Below, piece after piece: positions 24,535 to 35,800 of a DNA stretch of 64,000 nt. Each line of letters starts with the position of its first letter. Within the stretch, counting starts at the first letter, position 1. The translations under genes were made by a program, and so were the position numbers. The notes below the pieces were generated by a model, which saw only the letters and a list, made by a program, of their open reading frames with translations, had not been told where the DNA came from and ran no database searches. Origin of the DNA: Oikopleura dioica (taxonomy: Eukaryota > Animalia > Chordata); NCBI GenBank assembly GCA_907165135.1, contig OU015568.1, positions 7,626,001-7,690,000 of the forward strand, in the 5' to 3' direction.

Positions 24535-27507
24535 TTACTGAAACTTCTTGTAAATGATGATGGAGAGCGTGAGAATGCTGAAACAAATTCCAAAGACGAG
24601 GAAAACCATTGCTGAGAGTTTTCTCTTGTTATCTTTGTATGTTCCCTCCGCTAGCTTCACATAGAACAAGCTCGGAAGAATGAAGACCAGCATGGAAGAC
24701 GAGGTGGCGCCGACCAGGCCAAAGATATCACGAATGTCAGGGACGAGTACGACGAGCGTGAAACAGGTGCCAATCAGCAGGAGCATGACGGCAATGTGCC
24801 ATGCCCAGGAAAAATCGGTGACAGCATCTTTTTTTGGCCTAAAATTTTTATCGATAAGCAAAATACAATATGCAGAATGCAAGATAAAGATCTTATTCAG
24901 ATCCGGAGGAAAGATAAGCTTTCTAGCGCCAAATCTTCAGATATAAAATGCTTATTATTCATTTGATTGACCAGTTAGTAAAATGAAACGAAAAGATTTA
25001 TCACCCGTACGGGCACATTTTCTTTTATGAAAGAAACATAAAAAGAAATAAATTAATTCTTACTGTTTCCGTTTTTACTGAATTTGTACCTGGCAAGGAA
25101 GATAACCGCTCTTCGGGCAGGAAAGTGAACGATCGGCAGTGTAAGAATAACGCCAATGATGACACAGGCTCGAACAATGAGAGTAAGAACATTTGAAGGA
25201 TCGGTGTGATTGTAGGTCATCAGCAGTTCAGATTGAACGTAGTTGTAAAATGTCGAGTAGCCAAAGAGCGAGGCGAGGAAATAGAGCGAGAAGCAACTGG
25301 CGAGAGACGTCGCAGCAACTTTTTTCATTTGGCCGGCTGATTGCGACTGAATAAAACAGTAGTTGGAGGGGAGTTGCTCTTTGATGAATTACCTTGAGCT
25401 CGGCGTAAATTGGAAGAATGGCGGTATGGCAGACGAAGGAAAAGGTCATGGTAGGCATCGAGTAGACAGAGGTATCGGTAAAGTAAACCAAGTTGGTGGA
25501 GCATTCTTGTGGCTGAGGCAAATTTGAATCGGCAATAATGAAGCGCATTTATTACCTGCATATTGCAATATTGCTCAGGTAGATGGGCGGAGTGGGTACA
25601 TTCTGCGGCGATATGTCCAGCGGTTTCTTCAGTGCCGGGAATGTAAACTCCAGTTTTCAGAAGAGTCGATGCATTTGCTGGCTCCAAGTAATTATCTACA
25701 AAATTTTTTATTATCAATTAGCTAAATCGGCTTCAATATATCGGTGCGCTTATATTGAAAACAGTTTTAGTCTTAGATTTGTTTCGGTTAGTTGAAAAAG
25801 TTGATTGGGAAAGAGAAAGAGAGTGTGACTACTGAAGTTTTCACCTTGGTCTGTTGAATCTATTCTGACTTCTATAAAACGAAAAATAACAAGATTTGGT
25901 TTCGATAAATACCTTTTAAAGAATCAATATTTGCATCGTCAGCCGTGTAGTTGGAATAGAGCATAACACCGCTAGCAACAGCATCGTCAAAAAGAGGACA
26001 GGGTTCGGTGTGGAGGAAGTACTTGACGATGATGACGAGGGTGAAGAAGACCATGCAGGAGATGGAGAAGCCCGAGGTGTAGCCAAGAAAGCCAATGTTT
26101 CTGAGTGAAGAGAGGGGGAGGATGACAAAGAGAGTGACGAGCGTCAGAATGAGAGTTCCATTGGCCCACCAGGCGGGATTCATGTAAGAATTGCACAATT
26201 CATCGGCTGGGTTGCAGAGCATTGTTTTCAGGACAGAAGGAACCTCGGCTGAAAAAATGGGATCATGAAGGTAGAAAATGACGGTCCCTTTTTTACCTTT
26301 TATGATAAACAAATAGCTGCTCATTGCTCCCATATTCTGGCAAATAATACAAGCAGCGACCAAGTATCGGCCCAAATTCCCAAACGACTTCTGTCCAAGA
26401 GATTCATACGCCTACAAAGATGATAATTACATTGTTAAATTTTGGAATCATTTGGATAGACGAAGATGGGCAACGCCTATCTTTTTCAACTTTTGTGACT
26501 ATTAGTAGCACTATTGCGCACGTGGCGTTTTTACCACGGAAATCATAAAGCTAACGATGTCTGAAAGTGCAGTTTTTGACGCGCGCGCGTGATCCAACTT
26601 GTGACACAGTAATAATTAATTCAGGCGAACAGGCCCGGAGCATGGATCATGATACTGACCTTGGCACCCGTTTGCTTGCATAAATCAAGCATGAGAAGAA
26701 TTGCATAGTACGCAAGCCCTGCCACTGTGCCGCAAATAATGAAAAAGGAGAGTATTCCCATTTGCGCCATGGCATACGGCAGGCCAAGAATTCCAGACCC
26801 TATTAAATCAGTTTAAACATTTATATCATGCGCGTTAGTTTACCTAAGATGGCATTCATGAGGTTGAAAACAGAAAGGGCAAATCCAGCAGTGCCCTTCG
26901 TTGCTGATCCTCCAGCTTCCAACAGTTCATCTTTTTCTTTCATCTCTTTTTCTGAAATTTAAAAAATGGCGTAAAATTCTTTTTGAGTTATTTAATTTCA
27001 ATGAGTCAATTTCAAATAGTAGCGGAAATACGTGTTTTCTTTGGCGATTAATTCGTTCTAGGCTCGGCAGCCTGTGTAGAAAACCTGAGTCAGGGTCCTG
27101 GAAAAGCTTTGATAAAAGCCGCGCCGCGGCTTTCCTAAAAACAAAGCCGCAAAGCAGCTTCGGCAAACCGACCCGATTTTTATCAAAGCTCTTTAGGAAC
27201 CCTGACTCAGGTTTTCTACACAGGTTTTCGAGCCAAGGAATATGAATTGGGAATGATTCAGTTTATATATAATATATTACCTGATCCCATATTATTGCTG
27301 AGCGACACCCTTTCTTAAAGTGGCCTCTCTGTCAACTGGATCCTCGGGAGAAGTTTCGCTTGTTTGTCCAAGGCAGATAAACGCGACTGCAGATTTGCTA
27401 AGCAGTTTCCTTCTAAAAAAAGAGCTCTTGTCAGAATAAATTTCCTCTGAATTGAATGATGTTTGAAAATTCTTGCTCTCTGCACGTTTAAAAAGATTAA
27501 ATGCCAT
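24535..27507 (-). CDS. SLC38 (SNAT) amino-acid transporter
   Basis: GSGILGLPYAMAQMG, QNMGAMSSYLFIIK, LPLSSLRNIGFLGYTSGFS, TFSFVCHTAILPIYAELK, DIRDIFGLVGATSSSMLVFILPSLFY. 5' end approximate. Confidence 0.9.
27058..27237. mobile_element. CTGGG-family MITE (intronic)
   Basis: Same TIRs and hairpins. Confidence 0.9.
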
Positions 27508-28955
27508 CTCGGCCCGGGGCGAAATTCTATTCTGAATTAACTTCCTAGTATGCCATTGGAAAAGTCCGAGAGGAAATAAAAAGTCTCGGACACGCCGTGC
27601 ACGTTACGTAACGAACAGGTTAAACAATGAACTTTTTCAATGAGGCCTTATTCTTCAGATTGAAAGAATCCAAACGCCTGTCTAAATAATTTATTGAAAG
27701 AATGAAATAATGATTTCGAATGATTTCCCTTATCACCAACGTTGAAAATTTACATCAGATAAAAAGGTGCAAACTTAAGGGTTTAACATCCGTTATCAGG
27801 ACATCTTTCATCATGCAGGACATTTTTAGACTCTTACTAAGCAAAAAATAATTAAAAATATAAAATCAAAATAAATTAAGAAAATAAAATTAAAGGAATT
27901 AAATTATTTTAAAATATTTTTTATATTTTAAAAATAATTAATTCTATTAAAATTTACAATATTTTTTTATATAAAATATATTTTTTTTTATTCAATAAAA
28001 CTAATTATTTAGTAAAAAATTAATTACAAAGTGTACCCATAAAAAAAAATTGATTTCCTACCTGAAACGAAGATTTTTCCCTCTCAAATGAAAATTTATC
28101 TTCTGCGTTTTTTCTTTTTTTTTTGATAGTTTGAGGTTCGTTTTTTAATTGCTGAATAGGTAACAAAGTTCTGAGTTCAACTAGTTGAGAATCAAAGTAG
28201 GCGTGTGTTTGATTTTTATCTTCTTCGTTGAGTCCCATTAAAAAGTCTCTTTGATTTCAACAATTTTGTCGATTGCATAACGGAAAAAAGATGGAAAATG
28301 TCTTAAGGTGTCACAAAACAAAAAGAGTCAATTTGTAAGCGCTCCTCCCGTCAAAAAGCTACTAGCCTATTTAGATTATTGATTAAGGCTTTAAATTGTC
28401 CTACTTGGGCAGCTTTGGTTTGGATTGCTGGTTTTATTATTTATCGAATGAGTTGACAAAATTATCTGCTCAGATGAGGATTCATCATTTTCCTCAGCAC
28501 TATTTATTTTTTGAAGAAGAAAATTCGACTTTCAAAACATGGCAAAAGCGCTAAAATAGTTACCTTGATTGATGTCGACCTGGAAAAAAGCTCTTTTATT
28601 TGGAAATTAAACCAGAATGAAAATGAATTTGGAATATTAGATTCCCTGATTTATATAAACCTTCCCACGCAGATGAAACGTGCCGTCATTTTCACGATGA
28701 CGTTTATACAGACTCACAATTTGTCTGAGTATGCTCTTGCTTTCAAGACTTGAAATAGTACTAAGTTTCTTTATTAACTTTATCAACTTTGAAGTTCGAA
28801 TACCTTCGATCTAGTTCAAGATTCCAAAGATTATTTCGAAATTTTTCGCAATCAAAAATAAATACAGTAAGTGTGGCCTAATAAGATCCATGTGATTTTT
28901 TGATGGAAAATAGTTTGAGAATCGAGTTTTGAGATTCTTCTATTTGGCCTCTTCC

Positions 28956-29270
28956 TTACCTTTGACCCGCTTTCAAGAGTTCTGTAGTCCTGTGACAGTA
29001 CTTTGATCGTGCCATTGTGGAATTCCATGTTCCAGCAAGAGTACAAAGGTCAGGCTGCACTTTGGCTGTATAAAAAGAAACGCCCTCGGACTGGCAGCGC
29101 ATTACAGTTTTTCTCCCTGACACTATCTGAGCCAAAATATGCCTGCAACAACGGTAGCGGTCGAAAACAACCACAGTGTGATCGAGCAGGGAGAGGTCAA
29201 TCCGAAGCTCCTTCCACGTGAACTTTTCGAAGGCGAAGTCAAAAGAGCCAATGAATTCGGTGAGGTAAGC
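28956..29270 (-). CDS. Probable exon of an unknown gene divergent from the SET gene
   Basis: Open frame TEFIGSFDFAFEKFTWKELRIDLSLLDHTVVVFDRYRCC...ELLKAG ending at a GTAAG donor. No family recognised. Confidence 0.3.
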   Translation of the reverse strand, partial: AYLTEFIGSFDFAFEKFTWKELRIDLSLLDHTVVVFDRYRCCRHILAQIVSGRKTVMRCQSEGVSFYTAKVQPDLCTLAGTWNSTMARSKYCHRTTELLKAGQR

Positions 29271-29347
29271 GACAGGGAATTTGCAGTAGATTCTCAAAAC
29301 AGACAGACTGAAAATGATAGTTGTATAACTCGTTCTCGCCGGTTTGC

Positions 29348-30441
29348 ATGCTATCACGGCGCTGGGGTTTTTCCACAGTTCGAATTCTTGAACTGAGACT
29401 CCTCGAACTAAACTAGTTATGCAAGAGAAGTGATGTATTCTCTAAGGGACGCTGGGAAGTGAGAAGAAATGGGTCAGAATGGCAACTAGTGGCGCTGAAA
29501 GAATATGCTCCTGGAGACCTGGTTCTCACTTCGAAGGAAGGGTTAATTTAATTTTTGAACTTTGCAACCGTTGATCAAAATGTTTTGGTCGAAAAAAGCT
29601 GATTAAAAATTGAAAAATTGAACTCATTTGGAGAATATCAGCAGCGGTCCCCAGCGGACTTCTCATACGATCCAAACGGATAACGAGATGCATGTGGTCA
29701 TGAACCTTCCATGTATGTTCGTACAGTTACTTATGTACAGAAGATCTGGGCTGGGGAAGCTGTGTAGAAACCCTAAGTCAGGGTTCTGAAGGAGTCGTTT
29801 TATTAGCCGCGTAGCGGCTTTTCAAAGAACGAAGCCGCAAAGCGGCTTCGCCAAAAAAACCATTCTCCAGAATTGAAAAAATAGACTGAGATGGAAGTTT
29901 TGGCGAAGCCGCTTTGCGGCTTCGTTTTTTGAAAAGACGCTACGCGGTTTTCATTACGACTCTTTCAGAACCCCGACTCAGGCTTTCTACACAGGTTGCC
30001 GAGCCGAGCATCATAATAACGAGTTCTCGTTGTAGGTAGATTCTTGAATCATTCCTGTGAGCCATCACTTGGGCCGTGGGATAACGACTGCGAGTCGTTC
30101 GATTTCATCGCCTTGAAGAAGATTCAAAAGGGCGAAGAGCTTACTTTTGACTACGACACTACAGAATTCAAGGTTCTCACCAGCTAAGAATAGATTTTAC
30201 GATTTACTAACTCTGTTTTGTTCAGGTCGAAAACTTTCCCGAAAAATGCCTCTGCGGAGCCAGTTCCTGTCGAACAACCATCAGTGGCTATTTAGGATCA
30301 GAAGGACAGGTCAATTTAGAAAATTATCGAATTCTTGTTCAAATCGAGCGAGTAAGATTGTGGCCATTGACCTTGGACAAAGAAATCATTCGAGAAAGAT
30401 ATGGAAAGTACATCGCTCGATATCTAAAATCGAAAAATTAG
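29348..30441 (+). CDS. Small SET + post-SET domain protein
   Basis: MLSRRWGFST/LCKRSDVFSKGRWEV...LVALKEYAPGDLV.../...RTSHTIQTDNEMHVVMNLPC/RFLNHSCEP...FIALKKIQKGEELTFDYDTTEFK/VENFPEKCLCGASSCRTTISGY. Confidence 0.8.
29746..30008. mobile_element. CTGGG-family MITE, longest short copy (in SET gene intron)
   Basis: Two GCCGC-N3-GCGGC hairpins per arm. Confidence 0.9.
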
Positions 30442-30546
30442 ATTCAACAGAAAATTTGAAATTGAATAAATTCAAGAAAATAATCGACTCTGTTTCTTTG
30501 CACGCATCAAAACCATTTTTTGGCAGCACGACACGTGACATGACAT

Positions 30547-30736
30547 CTGGGCACGGAAACCTGTGTTGAAAACCTGAGTCAGGGTCCTAGAAAAGCTTTC
30601 AAATAAAAAAGGATTGAAATGGTAGTTTTGGCGAAGCCGCTTTGCGGCTTCGATTTTAAAAAAGCCGCGAAGCGGCTATTATCGAAGCTTTTCCAGGACC
30701 CTGAGTCAGGTTTTCAACACAGGTTGCCGATCCCAA
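30547..30736. mobile_element. CTGGG-family MITE (intergenic)
   Basis: Same TIRs and hairpins. Confidence 0.85.
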
Positions 30737-32896
30737 AAGTGATCCCTGAACTGAAATATCGATCCTTCTTCAATTCATTTTTTCCAAACAAAAAAATGGA
30801 TGAATTCAAAGGTTCACCAAAGCGATTAGAAAAAAAAGTGATCTGCCCGCAGGTGCGTGCTGGGGAGGGAGCGCATGCAATTGGGGATGTTCGCCAGTGG
30901 GAACTGGGCGCGTAGAATGGTCGTCTGGATTCGTGGCGTGGGCGAGCGTGCGCTAACCCGTCCAATGCGATGATCTCGGTGTGTGCTCGACGCATCGACG
31001 GCGCTCGCGGCTCGTTTTCAGACCTGACTCCTTTGCCTTGCTCCCGATTCACGGAGCCGGGCCCATCTCGCCCTTCGCCGATTCTCTCTCCCTCTCTCCT
31101 CTTTCCCCCAACTCTCAAACCCGCGCGCTGCCTGCTTGTACAAACACAATAAAGCAGCACCCCTAACGCATTTTTTTTTCTCAACTCAGAATCAAACTCA
31201 ACCTTGACAAGAAAAAAAAAAACGAATGAAAAGATAAAAAAACACGGACTAGAGGCAAATTCACCAAGAAAAAAAAGAGCAATCGAAAGAAGCCGCTGAC
31301 TGAAATCAAGAAAGAGAACCTGCTGGAATCAAGTTTTCTCTGTAAGTCCTCTTTTTTGAATAAATTTATTAATTTTTTTTTTGAAAATTTTTTCTTTTGA
31401 ATAAAATTATGCCAATTTCGAATTAAATTCTATTTTGAATATTGTCAATTGAGATTAATTCACGCCATTTCAACAGAATTTTATGGTCTTGCTGAATTTT
31501 CATGGTTTGAATTAATGATAAAATAATTTTTGACGTAAAAATAAGAGAAGGGAAACGAGAAATTTAATGGATGTATATTCAATTTTCAACTAGCTCCGAA
31601 TCTATACAGTGAAACATATCGATTTTGGCTGACTATTCGCCTTCGCGTAAAAATAAAACCACCATTTTTCGGTAAATTTTCCTTCGAGTAAAAAGAGATC
31701 GAAAGGGTACTCTTCTCCTTCTGGCGGAATCTGTGCGTATTTCCGGGTTACCCCTGACCCAGGAAACGTATCGGGTTCAGAAGGCGTTTATCGCCTCAAG
31801 GTCTGATCTATCACTTTTATTGCCCTACCAATCAGCCAAATTAGGCTCAGAATAAGAGTTCTCAATTGTATTATATTTTATTTTCCGCTAAATCAGTCAG
31901 AGAAAATACCATTCTGAAAACCGAAAGAAGCGGTTAGTACGAGTCGTAACAATAAAAAAAAAGCGCACGCATTCTTTCTTTCTTTTTCGAAAGTGTCATT
32001 TTAACAACCGCAGTTTCTTTACGATATTACGGTAGTAGTCAAACGCTCTTTACAAGTGTCATCACCTCATAAATTGCGTTCTGCAACATGCTCACATGCC
32101 GCCCTTCCCGTGCTTTTTTCGCCGCGAGAACAGATTCGGAGGTGTTCAGAAAAGGGTCAAGGTGGAAAACCATAAGACTTCTTTTACTGTAAATAGTTTG
32201 AGATTTTCGTGAATTAGTTTTTTGAAGATTACATTCAAAAAAAAATCATTAATAAAGAATGTGCAAAAAATTCAGCGAACCCTACTATTAGAAAACTGAT
32301 CATTTTCCTAGACTTTCAAAGCCTAAATCATTTTCTATGACTTTTCTTGTAAAATGTAAGAGTAGCAATTTACATTGATTTGAAGTTCATTTCAATGTCA
32401 AAATCAGATTTACAAGCTAATCGTCAAGTTAGTAGCTCCCCCCTTTTCTTCAGATTGGCAACACTCAAATTGATCACCTGACCTTTTCCAAGAGTTTAAT
32501 TCTTTGTTGAAAGCTAGTCAGAATAATATAATACAAGCTAGCGACATTCATTGAGTTTAGTAAACACAAAGAGCTAATCTCTCGTCACTAGTAAATGGCC
32601 ACCTTGTGATCTTCTTTTGTAAAATCTTTGCAATAATCGCACTTTTGTCTCCTGAGCTCTGTGACATAATTCTGACGTTTTTTAAAAGAGATTTTCGGGG
32701 GAAAGGAATTGGCAGTTATTGGCAAAAAAAAAAGATCTTTCATTAATCTAAATCTAAGAATCGAAAAATTTAATTAATATTTTTTAAATATGAAATTGGA
32801 ATGAGAATTATTTTCAGAATGAGATCACGAGCTGTATGATCCAAGAGGAAGCAATAATCAATATTTCGTCTCGTCTCGTCGCAGTGGTCAGATGAG

Positions 32897-35800
32897 ATGG
32901 ACGAAGTCTTGTATACTGATAAACCAGCGACCATTCCAAATGGCGGTTCCGCCGCCTCGCCACCGATCCTAGAATCGGTGCATTCAGGAAGCAGCGTTTC
33001 GGAGAGTCCTCAGTCGCGGTCAGAAGGAAGTCTCAATGTCGAGAGCAAGAACAGTCGGACAGTGTCCGACAGCTCGCTGGAGAACAGAAGAAAGAGCATC
33101 ATCCGTGATCCGAGCAGAAAACCCGGAACAACGAATAAGGAGAGGATCAAGATTCATTGTGTTATCTTTTTCTTCAGCCCCTGAGACTCATTTATATTTC
33201 GGTTAAAAGGTTTTCTTCTTATATATTTTCAAATCCAAGCAAAGCCTCTAATCTTGAGCATATTTCGCTTGATAGTATCAAAGGGGCGCCGCTCTCTTTT
33301 TCAAGTAGAAAATGATAAATCACTTGATCGTGATCCCTCATGGAAAATCATTAATCAGCGGACAATTTATCAACTGGATTGGTATCTCAGAATGAGGATT
33401 ATCCAGATTCCCGCGAGGCCCGATTCGTTTAACATTAGTTGAGAAAAAGTATGAATTTTTATGATATGCATTTTTCGCGCTGTCAGGTCAAATCTCCTGG
33501 GAAAGCGTAAATGAGGGTCTGAAGAAGCGGGATCTTGATCCCAACGTCAGACAGTGTCATTTGGCTCGCTGCCCACCGAGCTGACGGTAAGATCCGCGAA
33601 GGACTGCCTAAAACACATGTACACAGGCGGTCAACTTGTCAAAGTGCGATCTGCCTCGCGCGTTTATCGACGATTCTACTGGCTAGATGAAGAAAAGGGG
33701 GAGCTCCGCTGGGAGCCCTCGAAGAAAGACTCTGACAAGGCACGCGTGCGGCTGAGCGACATTCACGAAGTCCGAAGCGGAAAGAATTCGGAAGTGTTTC
33801 TTTCTGTCGATGCTGCTGAGCACTTTCCGAACGAGTGTGCCTTCTCGATTGTGTACGGCGAAGAGTACATCACTCTCGACCTGGTTGCGAGTACAACGGA
33901 AGAAGCGAACATCTGGTGTACCGGCTTGCGACATTTGATCTCAGGCCTATCGACAAGTGCTTCACCTGGGGACACAGCTCGAGAGGCAAGGGAAAAATGG
34001 CTTTCGGACATGTTCCGGGCAGCCGATGTCAACTCGGACGGCTTTATGGACGAGGACGAGTCCGTTCAGCTTATCAAATCGCTTTCCGACGGCGTTCGAG
34101 ATAATGTCATAAAAACGAAGCTGCGCGAGTATTTGAAATCGATCAAAACTGCTGACAGTGACCAACCAGTTGGACTGACTCAATCTCATTTTATCGAACT
34201 TTTCAAGGATGTCGCCACCCGAGCTGAAGTCTATTTCATTCTTGTTCGCTACGCAAGTCATGAAGATGCTATGTCCGTCGATGATTTACGCTCGTTTCTC
34301 GAAATTGAGCAGGGGATAAATGCCAGTCGAGAAATGTGTCTGAATATCGTGGCGGAATGTGAGCCATCAGCACAGTTGCGCGAAAAACACATGCTTGGCA
34401 TCGACGGCTTCACGCGTTACCTCACCTGCGATAAATGCGCACTCTTCAATCCAAAGAAGCGGACTCCAACGCAAGACATGGACCGCCCCTTCTCTCATTA
34501 TTTTATTTCTGCATCGCACAACACGTATTTAATTCAAGATCAATTATCCGGGCGTACGTCTCTATCCTGCTTCCAAACCGTGCTCGAAAAGGGATGCCGC
34601 TGTCTCAGCTTGGACGTTTGGGCCTTTGTTGACAACAACAACGAGAAGAATCTCATGGTTCATCATCCAAGGAACAATCGCCAGCAAGTGAGATTGCAGC
34701 TTTCCGTAAGTAGAGCGGCTATTCTATTTTTGGCATGTTACTGTCGCACCTTGTCTCAATTGCATTTTTCCCTTTATCTCGGGCGCGCGGAGCGTTAAAT
34801 TTACTCGTTTTAGGCCGTGCTGAATATAATCCATGAATACAGTTTCTCCTCCTCCGATTTTCCTCTTATACTCGTTATCCGCGTCCGCGCCACCGAGTCC
34901 GGACAGCATCACCTCGCCGACCTCCTCCACGAGCACCTGGGAGACTACCTTTGCACTGCCGAATTATTCAACACGAGCGTCAATAACTCCCTGACGCCTG
35001 AAAAGCTGAAGAAAAGAATCCTCCTTGAAATCTCGGGACGCTCCCAAGACGACCTGAGTCTAAGCCACCGGGATCAATTCACCCTTTTTTTATTTTTAAT
35101 CATTTTTCTTTTTTCCTTCGAGAGTTTTTGCTAATCGATTCACTTAACTAGTTAGTTCAGTTTTCACTTTGTTTGGAAATTACTCTGGAAATTAGATTAA
35201 ATTTTGATGGATTGAATACAGCGACCCAGACTCAAGGTTATTTTTAAGCGAGGGTGGATAACGCTTGATTAAACTTTCCCGGTTATCCGGGCTAAGCCAG
35301 GGTTCTTTAATTCATTTTACTCTCAATTTTCAATTTGCAGGGCTTTTCTTTTAGCCCGGCTGAAAATTGATATCAACGACGACTAGACTAATAATCAACA
35401 AGAGTAAAGTCGATGAAAATATTTTTGCATTCAAATTTATGCACAAAAATGGACCTTTTTTGGCACATCTGTTTCGAAAATGTCAGAACTAATCAACTTA
35501 AAAATTGATCCCGCTGTAAAGTGGGACACAAATCCGCGAAACTCCTCTTATTCCTCGCTTGGCGAAAATGTGCTTCTTCAAAACCGATATCGTTACCGGC
35601 ATCCCGCAGAAGAAGGCTGATTTGGAAATGTCAGTAATGCCGGAGACTGTAGCTTCGCGCGTGGCAACCAACAATGCCGAAGCGCTGGTTGAAGCGGGTT
35701 CGACGCAGTTGATCCGCGTAGAGCCAAATGACTCAAGAGTCGATTGCTCTAATTATAATCCTCTCGATGTTTGGAATATGGGCGTGCAGATGGCTGCTCT

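Noticed and set aside
27840-28020. Almost pure A/T tract upstream of the SLC38 gene
   Set aside because: No termini, TSD or periodicity; treated as low-complexity intergenic DNA.
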